Source: a bacterium (lineage in GTDB: Bacteria > UBA8248). From it: a stretch of DNA of 64,000 nt. Positions 28,842-38,836 of this stretch are shown one piece after another; the first letter of the stretch is position 1, and each line of letters begins with the position of its first letter. The stretch spans positions 2,720,001 to 2,784,000 of the forward strand of contig OY843592.1 in the NCBI GenBank assembly GCA_963692865.2, in the 5' to 3' direction. Under the pieces are notes generated by a model, which was not told the origin of the DNA, searched no databases, and worked only from the letters and a program-made list of their open reading frames with translations. Made by a program: the position numbers and the translations under genes.

Positions 28842-31754
28842 ATGCAAGGTCGAGACTTCAAACCTCCGGAAGAGAAAACCAGTCCTATCCCGTTTTTCAT
28901 CCTGGGCCTCTTCATGGTCGCGGTGACGTTTTGGACCGTCTGGGACGAGGCGTTCACGCGCAGACCCTGGAAGCAATACCAGAAACAGTTCAACGCCTAT
29001 GAAAAAGCCCAGGCGGAGAAAGAACTCGCCAAGCTCAAGAAAACCACCGGCTCCGCGGTCGCCGAACTCGACAAGAAAATCGCCGAGCAACAACAAAAAC
29101 TCGCAGGCGACGAAGAACTCGAGAAGCTCAAGGAAGAACTCACGAAGAGCGAACTCGACGCTTTCGAGCAGGTGCAGGAGCTCGGCTTCAGGAAGGCGCT
29201 CTTCGACCAGTCCTACTTCTACCTCCAGGAAGCCATTCGGCAGGGGCACGACAAAGAAACCGAGCAAAAGGAAGTCGCCGAGGCACAAGCCCTGCTCGAT
29301 GAGATAACGCCCGTCGCGGCGAAGGCCGAAGCCGCCAGGGACGCGATAAAGGCGAAGATTGAGACCAAGGAAAAAGAGTTGAAAACGCTCCAGGCGAGGC
29401 GGCGGAAAGTTGCGGGCGATATTTCCTTCCAGGAGCGGCGGCTGAAAGGCATCGCCGCCCGCCCTTATGAGATCAGCCAACTCGTCCTTCGCGAATACGA
29501 GCGCAACAATTTCAACGAACCCGTGATGAAGGTGGAGCGGTGCCAGACCTGTCACCTGGGCATCAACCGGGCGGGCTTCGAGGATGCGCCCCAGCCGTTC
29601 CGCACGCACCCGAACAGGCGCCTCTATCTCTCGAAGCACGAATTCAACAAGGTCGGCTGCACGCTTTGCCACGGCGGCCAGGGAACGGCCGTCACCAGCC
29701 TCGATACGGCCCACGGCCACGTGCAATTCTGGGAAGACCCCCTCCTGCACGGCAGCGAAACGCAAACCAAGTGCAGAAGCTGCCACACCGAGATATTCAA
29801 CATCCCGGAGGCTCCGCAAATCTCGCGCGGCATCTCGCTCACCCGGGAACTCGGCTGCAACGGCTGCCATACCCTCCCGGGCACGGAAGGTTTGCGCAAG
29901 GTGGGGCCGGACCTCTCGAGAATCCAGGAGAAGGTGGCGCCCGCCTGGCTCGTCTCCTGGATCAAGAAACCGAAAGACTACAACCCGCGCACCCGTATGC
30001 CGTATTTCAGCTTCACCGATCAGGAATCGCTCGACATCGCCACCTACGTCTGGCGGCAAGGCCCGCGCAAGGCGGAACCGGCCGCATTCCCGAAGCTGGA
30101 CGACGCCGCCCTGGCTCAAAAAGGCAAAACCATCTTCGAGGAAACCGGGTGCCTGGGCTGCCACATCCGCGATGCAAAAGACCTGGAGCCCGGCCCCCCG
30201 ATCGAGGGCGTGAACGGCAGGCCCATCGTGTACAGGAACCGCGATTTCGCGCCGGCGCTCCAGAACATCGGCGCCAAGGTACAGCCCGACTGGCTGTTCC
30301 GCTGGCTCAAGAACCCCAAGGCGTACTGGCACGACACCAAGATGCCGAGCCTCCGCCTCACGGACGAGGAGGCGAGCGCTGTCACCGCCTACCTCGTCGG
30401 CCTCACGCCCCCTTCGAAACGGCCGAAGCCCCGGAAACTCGGAGATGACGCCTCCTATGAGCGGGGCAAGAAGCTCGTAGCCACGCGCGGTTGTTTCGGC
30501 TGCCACGTCATCCCCGGCACCGAGAAGCTCTCCAAGATCGGGCCGGACCTGACGCGCTTCGCCGCCAAAAAGCCGTTCGAGCTCTCCTTCGGCAACGTGG
30601 TGGACATGCCCCACACATGGGAGGCGTGGACGTTCGGCAAGCTCAAGAACCCGCAACTCTACCAGACGGAGCGCGAGACGCTGCTCATGCCGAACTTCGA
30701 GTTCTCGGACCCGGAGGTGACGGCCATTCGCACCCTGCTGCGCTCCATGACGCCGCACGGCGCGCCGCACAGCGTCCACCAGGTGCTCGACACCCGCGCC
30801 CGTCGAATCGAAAACGGCCGCCGGATGATCGAGAAATACAACTGCAACGGCTGCCACGTCATCGAGAACTGGGGCGGCGACCTGCTCAGACGCTATGAGG
30901 ACAAGACGAACGGCCCGCCCCTGCTGAACGGCGAGGGAAGAAAGGTGCAGCCCGAGTGGTTCTTCGGCTTCCTGCGCAACGTCGTTACGCTGAGGCCGTG
31001 GCTCAAGGTGCGGATGCCCAGCTTCGAGATGCCCGATGAAGACGCCGCGGCGCTCGTGGATTACTTCGCCGCGCTGGACTCGAAACTGAACCCCTACATC
31101 CATTTCGACGCCAAGAGCGTGAGCGCGGAAAACCTGAAGATCGGAAAACAACTCTTTACGATGGCCGAATGTCTCGCATGTCACGGAGAGTGGCCGCCGC
31201 CGCCGGGGCAGGAGCCGCCGACGGCGCCCAACCTCTTGTTTTCCAAGGACCGCCTGCGCCCCGACTGGGTAGTCGACTGGTTGGTTTATCCGGGCAGAAT
31301 CCAGCCCGGCACCAAGATGCCCAACTTCTTCGAGGGCGCGGGTTCGGTGGCCGAAATCGTCAAGGGCGTCCAGGGAGAGAAGGAAGACGACCTGTTCATC
31401 TACGAGCTCGAAGCCACGAAGGAAGCCGAGTTGCCTGAAGAGCAATTCGCCACCCTGCGCGCCGGCGGCATTACGCAACGCGTGAAGGTGACGGGGATCG
31501 ACGAGAAAAAGATCACCATTTCCTCGCCCGTCGACTTCGGTAAAACCCTCGACAAGGGAACGCTGGAGAGCCACGGCGAGCCCATCAGCGAGGAACTCCT
31601 CGAGGGAGACGGTTACCGGCAAATCCGCGCGATTCGCGATTACCTGATGCTCGAGACGAATTTCCTGAAACCCGGCGAACCAAGCGCGAAGAACGAAGCG
31701 CCCCAAACCGAAAAACCCGATAAAGAGGCCAAGAGCGAGGCTTCGCCGAGCTAA
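28842..31754 (+). CDS. Membrane-anchored octaheme c-type cytochrome (Rieske/cytochrome b complex-associated type)
   Basis: N-terminal TM, coiled coil and eight CxxCH motifs (CQTCH, CTLCH, CRSCH, CNGCH, CLGCH, CFGCH, CNGCH, CLACH) with repeated GPDL...W...P...MP class I cytochrome c modules. Confidence 0.9.
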   Translation: MQGRDFKPPEEKTSPIPFFILGLFMVAVTFWTVWDEAFTRRPWKQYQKQFNAYEKAQAEKELAKLKKTTGSAVAELDKKIAEQQQKLAGDEELEKLKEELTKSELDAFEQVQELGFRKALFDQSYFYLQEAIRQGHDKETEQKEVAEAQALLDEITPVAAKAEAARDAIKAKIETKEKELKTLQARRRKVAGDISFQERRLKGIAARPYEISQLVLREYERNNFNEPVMKVERCQTCHLGINRAGFEDAPQPFRTHPNRRLYLSKHEFNKVGCTLCHGGQGTAVTSLDTAHGHVQFWEDPLLHGSETQTKCRSCHTEIFNIPEAPQISRGISLTRELGCNGCHTLPGTEGLRKVGPDLSRIQEKVAPAWLVSWIKKPKDYNPRTRMPYFSFTDQESLDIATYVWRQGPRKAEPAAFPKLDDAALAQKGKTIFEETGCLGCHIRDAKDLEPGPPIEGVNGRPIVYRNRDFAPALQNIGAKVQPDWLFRWLKNPKAYWHDTKMPSLRLTDEEASAVTAYLVGLTPPSKRPKPRKLGDDASYERGKKLVATRGCFGCHVIPGTEKLSKIGPDLTRFAAKKPFELSFGNVVDMPHTWEAWTFGKLKNPQLYQTERETLLMPNFEFSDPEVTAIRTLLRSMTPHGAPHSVHQVLDTRARRIENGRRMIEKYNCNGCHVIENWGGDLLRRYEDKTNGPPLLNGEGRKVQPEWFFGFLRNVVTLRPWLKVRMPSFEMPDEDAAALVDYFAALDSKLNPYIHFDAKSVSAENLKIGKQLFTMAECLACHGEWPPPPGQEPPTAPNLLFSKDRLRPDWVVDWLVYPGRIQPGTKMPNFFEGAGSVAEIVKGVQGEKEDDLFIYELEATKEAELPEEQFATLRAGGITQRVKVTGIDEKKITISSPVDFGKTLDKGTLESHGEPISEELLEGDGYRQIRAIRDYLMLETNFLKPGEPSAKNEAPQTEKPDKEAKSEASPS

Positions 31755-31770
31755 CAGGCAAACCCGACAC

Positions 31771-31804
31771 AAAAAAGAAGCGCCTCGAACGGGGCGCTTC
31801 TTTT
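31771..31804. terminator. Bidirectional intrinsic terminator
   Basis: AAAAAAGAAGCGCCTC-gaac-GGGGCGCTTCTTTT between convergent genes. Confidence 0.75.
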
Positions 31805-32492
31805 ACGCCTTTTTTCGCCTCGCCCGCTCCTCGTTCACGCGCCTGTGGGCGGCGCGTATCACCTCCGGCAGACGGAATCGGGAAGTGGCCGCAAGCACCC
31901 AGCGAACCGAGTCTTCGATGTCGATGAGGTGACCGGGCGAGACGTACACGGGCTTGACTCCCCGCCTCGTCCTGAGGACGGCGCCTATCTTCCGCCCACC
32001 TGGTGAATACAGGTATCGCCAGTCTCCTTTCTCCTCCCCCAACGGTCCGGCGGCGTCGCCGAACAGACGGTTCTTGGCGCACCCGATGGAAGGCAGACCC
32101 AGGCGCAATCCCAAATGCGAGGCGATGCCGAATCCCCTGGGGTGGGCCGCGCCCTGCCCGTCGAAGATGACGAGGTCCGGTTTCTCCCTCAAGCCCAGAA
32201 AGGCTCTTTCGAGCAAAAACCCTTCCCGGAAAGATAGGAGCCCCGGCACGTAGGGGAAACGCAATTCCCCGCCGTGGAAGGATTCGTCGATGGGACGCAT
32301 CTGCGGCCAGGAGAAAACGACCACCCCCCCGACGCCGAACCGCCCGCGCCACTCGCATGAGATGTCCGCGCCCGCGATCGTTTTCGGCGAGGCGGCCAGC
32401 GGTTGCAGGGCCAGGCGCTCCACGAGCGCCTTCTGGAGGCGAATCGCTTCAGGAGATGTAATCTCCCAGGAATGGTGGAGCAAATCGGTCAT
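31803..32492 (-). CDS. nfi: Endonuclease V
   Basis: AGADIS, FPYVPGLLSFRE, DGQGAAHPRGFGIASHLG, PVYVSPGH and RLPE motifs. Confidence 0.95.
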   Translation of the reverse strand: MTDLLHHSWEITSPEAIRLQKALVERLALQPLAASPKTIAGADISCEWRGRFGVGGVVVFSWPQMRPIDESFHGGELRFPYVPGLLSFREGFLLERAFLGLREKPDLVIFDGQGAAHPRGFGIASHLGLRLGLPSIGCAKNRLFGDAAGPLGEEKGDWRYLYSPGGRKIGAVLRTRRGVKPVYVSPGHLIDIEDSVRWVLAATSRFRLPEVIRAAHRRVNEERARRKKA

Positions 32493-32584
32493 TGATCCGT
32501 CATCAATTCATGAAGCTGCCTGGTCTCGCAGCGAGGATAAGGTTCGTAGCGTGAAACCGGATGTCCCGAATCGCGGGCGCGAGG

Positions 32585-34819
32585 CTAATCCGCGCGCATT
32601 TGCGGAACCTTGCCCTTGAGCGGGGCCACCTCGGGCGCGATGCGGTTGACGGAGAGGATGAATTTTTCGTCGCGAACCCTCTTGACGACGTCGTTGAGCT
32701 GGGCGAGGTCGCGCACCTGCACGTCCAGGCGAATCGCCGCCTTGTCCTGAGAGGCCTCGGCCGCCACGCGGGAGATGTTCGCCTCGCAACTGGCGATGGC
32801 GGCGCTCAGGCTCGCCAGCACGCCCGGCCTGTCGCGCGCTTCGACCACGAGCGTCACCATGTGCATCTGATCCTTATCCACCTCGCCCCAGGATACTTCC
32901 ACCAGGCGCTCCTGATCGTCCATCAGGGCCTTGATGTTGGGGCAACCCTCGTTGTGCACCGTCACGCCGCGTCCGCGCGTGATGAAGCCGACGATCCCGT
33001 CGCCCGGAATCGGCTGGCAGCACTTCCCGTAACGAATCAGAACGTCGTCCTGGCCCTTGACGAGGACGCCCGCCTTGTTCTTGTGGCGGCTCACGCGGTT
33101 CACGAGACGCCTGAGGCGGGAGTTCTCCCGCTTCTCGCGCTCGTGTACGAGTCGTTCGGGCAACAGCTTGTTCGCCACCTGCCGGGCGGATACGCGGCCG
33201 AAGCCAATCGACGTCAGCAGGTCTTCATCGCTCTGAACCCCGAAGGAGCGCGCCACCTCCTGCAATTCCCCGGGCTTCATGTATGCGGCGACTTGCTTCT
33301 TCTCCACGCACCGCTCCAGTTCATGTTCGAGCAACTCATGGCCGAGCGTGAGGGAGCGCTCCCGCTGCTCCTGTTTTATCCAGTTCCTGATTTTCTGTTT
33401 CGCCCGGGCGGTGACGACGAACTTCATCCAGTCGGCGCTGGGCTTTCTGTGCGGGTTCGTGATGATCTCGACGATGTCGCCGTTATCGAGCAGCGTGCTC
33501 AGCGGCGCGATTTTCCCGTTGACCTTCGCGCCCACGCAGCGGCTGCCCACTTCCGTGTGGATGGAGAAAGCGAAATCGACCGGCGTCGCCCCGCGCGGAA
33601 GGCTCTTCACCTCGCCCCTGGGCGTAAAGACGAAGACCTCGTCCTGAAACAGGTTGACCTTGACGGAATCGACGAGGTTCCTCGGGTCGGACTCTTCGTT
33701 CAGGCTCTCCACGATTCTCCTGATCCACTCGAACTTGTCGGCCATGCCGTCGTCGGCCTCGTCGCCCTCCTTGTACTTCCAGTGCGCGGCGATGCCCTCT
33801 TCCGCCACGCGGTGCATCTCCCCGGTGCGGATCTGGAATTCCACCCGCTGGCCTTCCGGCCCGACGACGGTGGTGTGGAGGGATTGGTACAGATTCGCCT
33901 TGGGCAAGGCGATGTAATCCTTGAAGCGTCCGGGGATGGGCGTCCACTTCGAGTGCAGAACCCCCAGCACCGCATAACAATCCTTCACGGTCTCCACGAT
34001 GATTCTCACGCCGCAAATGTCGTACACCTGGTGGAAATCGAGGTTCTGCGTCTGCATCTTCTCATAGATGCTGGAATGGAGCTTGAACCTGGCGGACGCG
34101 GCGCCGTCGATGCCCTCGAGTTCGAGAATTTCCTTCAATCGCTCCATCACGAGATCCATATACGCTTCGCGGTCTTTGAGGCCGTCGCGGAGCATGTCGT
34201 CGATTTCCAGGAATTCCCTGGGATGGAGGTGCTTGAACGCCACGTCCTCGAGCGCGCCCTTGAGCCACCCGATGCCGATGCGATTGGCGAGCGGAGCGTA
34301 TATTTCCGCCGTCTCCCGCGCGATGCGCTCTCTGCTTTTCTGGGGAAGGTGGTGGAGCGTCAACGCGTTGTGGAGCCTGTCGGCGAGTTTGATGATGATG
34401 ACGCGAATGTCCTTCGCCATGGCGATCAGCATCTTGCGGTAGCTTTCCGCCTGGCGAACCTGCGTGTTCGAAACGTCGATCTTGGCGAGTTTCGTGACGC
34501 CGTCCACGAGCTCGGCGACGTCTTCTCCGAAATGCCCGTCAATTTCCTTGAGCGTCGTGGCGGTGTCCTCCACGGTGTCGTGGAGAAGCCCCGCGCATAC
34601 GGTCTCGGGGTCCTGGCGCAACTCCGCCAGGAGGCGGGCCACCTCCAGCGGATGGGAAATGTAGGGCTCGCCGGATATGCGCGATTGCCCCTTATGGACT
34701 TTCGCGGTGAAGATGTAGGCCTTGGTGAGCAGATCCGAGCAGTCGGGCGAGTATTCCTCGACCAGATCGACGATGTCCATGATCCGGGCGGGTGGGCGCG
34801 GCGCCAAAACTGGAGGCAA
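32585..34819 (-). CDS. rel: Bifunctional (p)ppGpp synthetase/hydrolase (long RSH)
   Basis: HD domain (GEPYISHP, LHDTVED, KLADRLHN), synthetase (YQSLHT, EFQIRT), TGS, CC zinc finger and ACT; TTG start after AGGAGG. Confidence 0.95.
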   Translation of the reverse strand: MPPVLAPRPPARIMDIVDLVEEYSPDCSDLLTKAYIFTAKVHKGQSRISGEPYISHPLEVARLLAELRQDPETVCAGLLHDTVEDTATTLKEIDGHFGEDVAELVDGVTKLAKIDVSNTQVRQAESYRKMLIAMAKDIRVIIIKLADRLHNALTLHHLPQKSRERIARETAEIYAPLANRIGIGWLKGALEDVAFKHLHPREFLEIDDMLRDGLKDREAYMDLVMERLKEILELEGIDGAASARFKLHSSIYEKMQTQNLDFHQVYDICGVRIIVETVKDCYAVLGVLHSKWTPIPGRFKDYIALPKANLYQSLHTTVVGPEGQRVEFQIRTGEMHRVAEEGIAAHWKYKEGDEADDGMADKFEWIRRIVESLNEESDPRNLVDSVKVNLFQDEVFVFTPRGEVKSLPRGATPVDFAFSIHTEVGSRCVGAKVNGKIAPLSTLLDNGDIVEIITNPHRKPSADWMKFVVTARAKQKIRNWIKQEQRERSLTLGHELLEHELERCVEKKQVAAYMKPGELQEVARSFGVQSDEDLLTSIGFGRVSARQVANKLLPERLVHEREKRENSRLRRLVNRVSRHKNKAGVLVKGQDDVLIRYGKCCQPIPGDGIVGFITRGRGVTVHNEGCPNIKALMDDQERLVEVSWGEVDKDQMHMVTLVVEARDRPGVLASLSAAIASCEANISRVAAEASQDKAAIRLDVQVRDLAQLNDVVKRVRDEKFILSVNRIAPEVAPLKGKVPQMRAD

Positions 34820-34951
34820 CGAGTTTCCTCCTCTTTCGACCTGCTCGGCTCCGATGCGAAAAAGCGCAAGCCCGGGCTCTTTCGATGAACATGGAGCCTC
34901 TCTCGAGGAAAACGCTACCTGAGCCTCCATACAGCGTCAAGGAGTCCGCAC

Positions 34952-34980
34952 AAAAAAACTCCCCCGAATCGGGGGAGTCT
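34952..34980 (-). terminator. Intrinsic terminator after the ferredoxin gene
   Basis: ACTCCCCCG-aat-CGGGGGAGT hairpin with a T7 tail on the minus strand. Confidence 0.65.
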
Positions 34981-35000
34981 CATGTGATATATGTCTCGTC

Positions 35001-35480
35001 TTAGTATGCGCGCAGCGGGGAGGTCACGAACTCGTGCATGAACGGCGTCATGTATTCGGATTCGTCCTCGTGCTTGGGCACGATGATCGCCCCCTTGTTG
35101 CAAATCTCCTCGCACAGACGGCAGCCGACGCATGTGGACTGATCCACCACGGCCACCGCGCTGTGGTCGCGCTCCACCGAGGAGGGCGCCATGCGGATAC
35201 AATCGAACGGGCAAACGTCCACGCACCAGATGCAGCCCGTGCAGTTCTCCTCCAGCACGAACGCCTTGGGCATCTCCTTGTGCTTGATGTTCTTGATGAT
35301 GTCGCCCGTATCGTCCTGAATGGCGAAAGCCGGGCAGTATTTGCCGCACACGCCGCAGTCGATGCAGAGCGTGGGGTCGATCATGTAGATATCGCGCGGC
35401 TCGCCCGTGATGGCCTTCGTGGGACAGACGGGCTCGCAGACGGAACAACCGATGCAAGCGTCGAAGATGAAATGGGGCAT
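35001..35480 (-). CDS. Ferredoxin with four [4Fe-4S] motifs
   Basis: CIGCSVC..CP, CIDCGVC..CP, CTGCIWC..CP and CVGCRLC..C. Confidence 0.9.
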   Translation of the reverse strand: MPHFIFDACIGCSVCEPVCPTKAITGEPRDIYMIDPTLCIDCGVCGKYCPAFAIQDDTGDIIKNIKHKEMPKAFVLEENCTGCIWCVDVCPFDCIRMAPSSVERDHSAVAVVDQSTCVGCRLCEEICNKGAIIVPKHEDESEYMTPFMHEFVTSPLRAY

Positions 35481-35607
35481 ATCCTCGCCTCTTGGACAAT
35501 CCGCTTCATAAAGGGCGACGCGCCGGAGCGATACGGCAGTCCGACGACATACTCTCGATACCAAAGATATATCCATTCCGCGCGCCGGTTGTCAAGGCTT
35601 CCCGCAA

Positions 35608-35757
35608 GGGCTTGTTGAAAAAGTCTTCCGGGGGAATGATGCCCCAAGGGCGCCGTTCAATGCGGGAAGGTGGTTTTGCTCCTCGCTTTTGATCGTCATT
35701 CCGGCTTTCGCCGGAATGACGGCAAACCCTCCCTCTTCGGGGTTTTTCGGCAATCTC
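35608..35757. repeat. MITE-like ends enclosing a GTCATTCCGGC REP palindrome
   Basis: GGGCTTGTTGAAAAAGTC left end; CGTCATTCCGGCTTTCGCCGGAATGACG at about 35694-35721; degenerate right end. Confidence 0.5.
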
Positions 35758-35874
35758 GCAAGTTGCGGCCTCATCACAGGGAGCGAAACTCGTGATTCCC
35801 TTGCCCTCGGCCCGGATTTGCGCCACAATAAGTGCGCCGTTTTTTACCGCCAATTCGACCGAAAAGGATTCGAG

Positions 35875-36042
35875 ATGGAAAATTTCCTGCTCATTCTGAC
35901 GAAGCCCGACAACATCCCCATCGCGTTCATGATTCCCCTGGTGGCGTTCTTCGTCTGGCTGGCCATCTCCCAAGGCCTCAGACACGACAGGCTCATCAAA
36001 AAGGGGAAAAAAGACGACGTCTACGACGAGATGATCCGATAG
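35875..36042 (+). CDS. 55-aa single-TM protein (PDNIPI motif), probable small subunit or split part of the Rieske/cytochrome b complex
   Basis: MENFLLILTKPDNIPIAFMIPLVAFFVWLAISQGLRHDR...; AAGGA RBS. Confidence 0.65.
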   Translation: MENFLLILTKPDNIPIAFMIPLVAFFVWLAISQGLRHDRLIKKGKKDDVYDEMIR

Positions 36043-36166
36043 GCTCCCCGGCTGCCCACTCGATCCCGCGCCGCTGCGTCAATCTCCCCCGTGAGCGGCA
36101 TTTTGAATCCCGCATGAGCGGCTCCGTCCCGACGGCTCCCCGATCACCCGCGCCTGGAATACCGAC

Positions 36167-36679
36167 ATGCTAGAACTCATCTTCGTCGCGCTCTTCCTGG
36201 GATTCATCACCATACTGTTCGTCAAGAAAACCTCCTCGAACATCGCGCTCGAAGCGGATGCGGAGCAAGCCGGAAACGATTCGGAAATCGACTCCCTCCG
36301 AAAACTCTCGCCGAAGGCGTTCGAGCGCATGCTCATCGACCTGCTCGAGAGCATGAACATGCGCATCGTGGAGGTCCACTGGGTCAACGAGGAGGAAATC
36401 GACATCCTCGCGCACAACCCCGCGCCCATTCTCGGGGGCGACTACATCATCCACGGCATTCTCGTGCCCGAGGGCGACTTCGTGAGCTCGATACGGGTCA
36501 TCGGCCTCTCCGACACCGTGCGCGCCGAAAGGGCCTTGAAGGGAATCTTGATATCGACGGGATACTTCACCGAAGAGGTGCAGAAATACTCAGAAGGCGC
36601 TCCGATGGAGCTCATCAACGTCGCCAAGCTCCGCGAGATACTCCACGCCCACGACATGGCCTGGCCCGATACGGAGTGA
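36167..36679 (+). CDS. Membrane-anchored Mrr-like restriction endonuclease-domain protein
   Basis: N-terminal TM; LSPKAFERML..LL, EIDILA, KGILISTGYFT and MELIN match the Mrr_cat pattern. Confidence 0.75.
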   Translation: MLELIFVALFLGFITILFVKKTSSNIALEADAEQAGNDSEIDSLRKLSPKAFERMLIDLLESMNMRIVEVHWVNEEEIDILAHNPAPILGGDYIIHGILVPEGDFVSSIRVIGLSDTVRAERALKGILISTGYFTEEVQKYSEGAPMELINVAKLREILHAHDMAWPDTE

Positions 36680-36705
36680 GGCGCCGGATTGGAGGATACC
36701 ACCCC

Positions 36706-37674
36706 ATGGAACCGATAAAGAGAGAAAGAATCCCCGTTTTCCTCGCAATCGCCGTGGCCATCATCCTGACCGCCTCGCCGGCGTTGGCCGGCATCACCAC
36801 CCGCGCCGTGACCTTCGAGAACGAGGGCGCGGCGCTGTCCGGCACCCTCTATCTGCCTGCCGATGCGCCCGCCGCGCGCTTGCCCGTTGTCGTCGTCACG
36901 GGCGCCTGGACCAGCGTCGAGGAACAGATGCCCAGCGTCTATGCCCGCGCAATGGTCGAGCGCGGTTTCGCAGCCTTCACATTCGACTTCCGCGGCTGGG
37001 GCAAGTCGGGCGATCTGCCCGGCCGGGTCCGCTTCAAGGAAGACCCCAAGGCGAAGATTTCAGACATCCGCGCAGCCATCGAGTTCGTCTCCACGCTGGC
37101 CGAGGTCGACGCCAGGCGAATCAACGGACTGGGGATTTGCGCCTCCTCCGGTTACATGGTCGATGCGGTCTCGGGGAATCCGCTGGTCAGCCGCGTCGGC
37201 CTGGTCGCTCCCTGGCTGCAAAATGATGAAATCGTCAAGATAGTCTACGGCGGCGAAAAGGGCGTCAATGCTTTGGTCTCGGTCAGCCGCGCTGCCGCAG
37301 CCAAGGGCGGCGAGATCATTCCGGCGGCCGGTCCCAAGGGAGCCAAAGGCGTGCTCATGCCGATCGGCGGCTACTACCACGACCCGAACCGCGGCGCGAT
37401 CCCCCAGTATGACAACAAGTGGAACCAGGCGGGCTGGGAAGGCTGGCTGACGTATCACCCGGCGGAAAATCCCAGGCGTCTCAACAAGCCGCTGGCCATC
37501 GTCCATTCCGAGGCCGCCGCAATCCCGAACGGCGTCAAAACCTTCGTCAAAGGTCTTGCCGGCCGGGCGACGTTGAGATGGCTCGAGAACGTCACCCAGT
37601 TCGACTTCTACGACAATCCCGAGGATGTCCGGCGCGCCGCCGACGTCATTGCGGAGCACTTTCGCAAGAACTGA
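36706..37674 (+). CDS. Secreted alpha/beta hydrolase
   Basis: Signal peptide; GTLYLP, FDFRGWGKSG and GICASSG elbow. Confidence 0.85.
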   Translation: MEPIKRERIPVFLAIAVAIILTASPALAGITTRAVTFENEGAALSGTLYLPADAPAARLPVVVVTGAWTSVEEQMPSVYARAMVERGFAAFTFDFRGWGKSGDLPGRVRFKEDPKAKISDIRAAIEFVSTLAEVDARRINGLGICASSGYMVDAVSGNPLVSRVGLVAPWLQNDEIVKIVYGGEKGVNALVSVSRAAAAKGGEIIPAAGPKGAKGVLMPIGGYYHDPNRGAIPQYDNKWNQAGWEGWLTYHPAENPRRLNKPLAIVHSEAAAIPNGVKTFVKGLAGRATLRWLENVTQFDFYDNPEDVRRAADVIAEHFRKN

Positions 37675-37705
37675 CCTCTCCAGTATACGCCGATGGCATT
37701 GAGCC

Positions 37706-37794
37706 GCCCATCTCTCAAGCCTCAGATAACGCGGCAGGGCAGGCCAATCAAAAAGGGAAAGAAAGACGACGGCTACGACGATATGATTCGATAA
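37706..37794 (+). repeat. Degenerate direct copy of the 3' end of the 55-aa gene (35961-36042)
   Basis: ATCAAAAAGGGAAAGAAAGACGACGGCTACGACGATATGATTCGATAA versus ATCAAAAAGGGGAAAAAAGACGACGTCTACGACGAGATGATCCGATAG. Confidence 0.8.
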
Positions 37795-37853
37795 GCGCTT
37801 TGCTCATCCACTCGGACTCAGCCCAGGAAATCAAATCAACTCGGTTGGAGCCT

Positions 37854-38276
37854 TCACGCCCCCAGCCACGAGTCGATGACGTCAACCCCTAAGTCTGTGA
37901 AATCCCGCACGTTGCGCGTCGCCAGCGCCATATCACGCGACCGCGCGATGGCCGCAATCCGGCTATCGGCTATCGGGACAGACCGCCCGGAGGCGCGGCG
38001 CGCGGATGCGATCTCTGCATAGGCGCGCGCCGCCTCGCTGTCGAAAGGCAAGACGCGGCCTTCGAAATCCTCGTGAAGCATGGCTTCGATCTCGGAAGAA
38101 AGTCGGTCACGTCGCCTCCCCGCCGGCATAACGGCAACGCCGTAGCGGAGTTCCGCTTCACCGATCGCAGAGAAGAACAACTCCTCCACGGGATATCCGG
38201 CTACCCACGCTTCGACGGCTGAATCGGGTGAAGAGCGCATCAGTTCAAAGATGACATTGGTGTCCAACATTACCAT
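37854..38276 (-). CDS. vapC: PIN-domain toxin (VapC/FitB family)
   Basis: MLDTNVIFE, ELRYG, ADSRIAAIA and LATRNVRDF. Confidence 0.92.
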   Translation of the reverse strand: MVMLDTNVIFELMRSSPDSAVEAWVAGYPVEELFFSAIGEAELRYGVAVMPAGRRRDRLSSEIEAMLHEDFEGRVLPFDSEAARAYAEIASARRASGRSVPIADSRIAAIARSRDMALATRNVRDFTDLGVDVIDSWLGA

Positions 38277-38286
38277 GCTTGCCGCC

Positions 38287-38529
38287 TCAATCGAACCGGG
38301 GCGGCTCGCGCGCAGGCTCACGCGGCGGCAACTCCAGATCCACGCCGCCCAAAGGCCCGAATCGGGCGCGGATGAGGCTTGCGAGGTTTTGTGAACCCGG
38401 TTTGCGCCCGACCGCCTCGCGCAGGATCACTCGCACTTCTTCTTCCATGGAACGGCCGTTCTCCTCCGCTCGCTCGCGGAGACGGGTTTTCACGTCGTCG
38501 TCGAGGTTGCGAATCGTGATGCTCGCCAT
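38287..38529 (-). CDS. Ribbon-helix-helix antitoxin (FitA/StbC-like)
   Basis: MASITIRNLDDDVKTRLRERAEENGRSMEEEVRVIL; directly upstream of the PIN toxin. Confidence 0.9.
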   Translation of the reverse strand: MASITIRNLDDDVKTRLRERAEENGRSMEEEVRVILREAVGRKPGSQNLASLIRARFGPLGGVDLELPPREPAREPPRFD

Positions 38530-38666
38530 GCTCCTACCCTCCTCTGCAATACACTTCATCTACACAATGCTTGCAATGCAATCAATCAGCGGCCTTCGCA
38601 AGACGCCCCGAAGGTTGCAATACGAGAAAAGGGAGCAAAATCGCAATCCGACCTGGAAGAGAGAGC

Positions 38667-38788
38667 CGTAGGGACAGGTCGCGTCACTGCAAATTGACGC
38701 CCGGCTCACCGTCATTCCGGCGCATGCCGGAATCCAGAACCGACGAAAATGACGACATGGCGGGGCATCGGGCTTTTTCAGCAAGCCC
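38667..38788. repeat. REP/MITE remnant cluster
   Basis: GTAGGGACAGG, CGTCATTCCGGCGCATGCCGGAATCCAG and GGGCTTTTTCAGCAAGCCC motifs. Confidence 0.5.
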
Positions 38789-38836
38789 ATGTACGGACAC
38801 GCAGATCCTCCCCTGCAAAAACGAGGCGCACAAAAC

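Noticed and set aside
28773-31772. 999-aa minus-strand ORF, and similar long antisense ORFs at 9491-11449 and 32561-34888
   Set aside because: Shadow frames of well-supported genes on the opposite strand; expected in high-GC DNA and lacking motifs.
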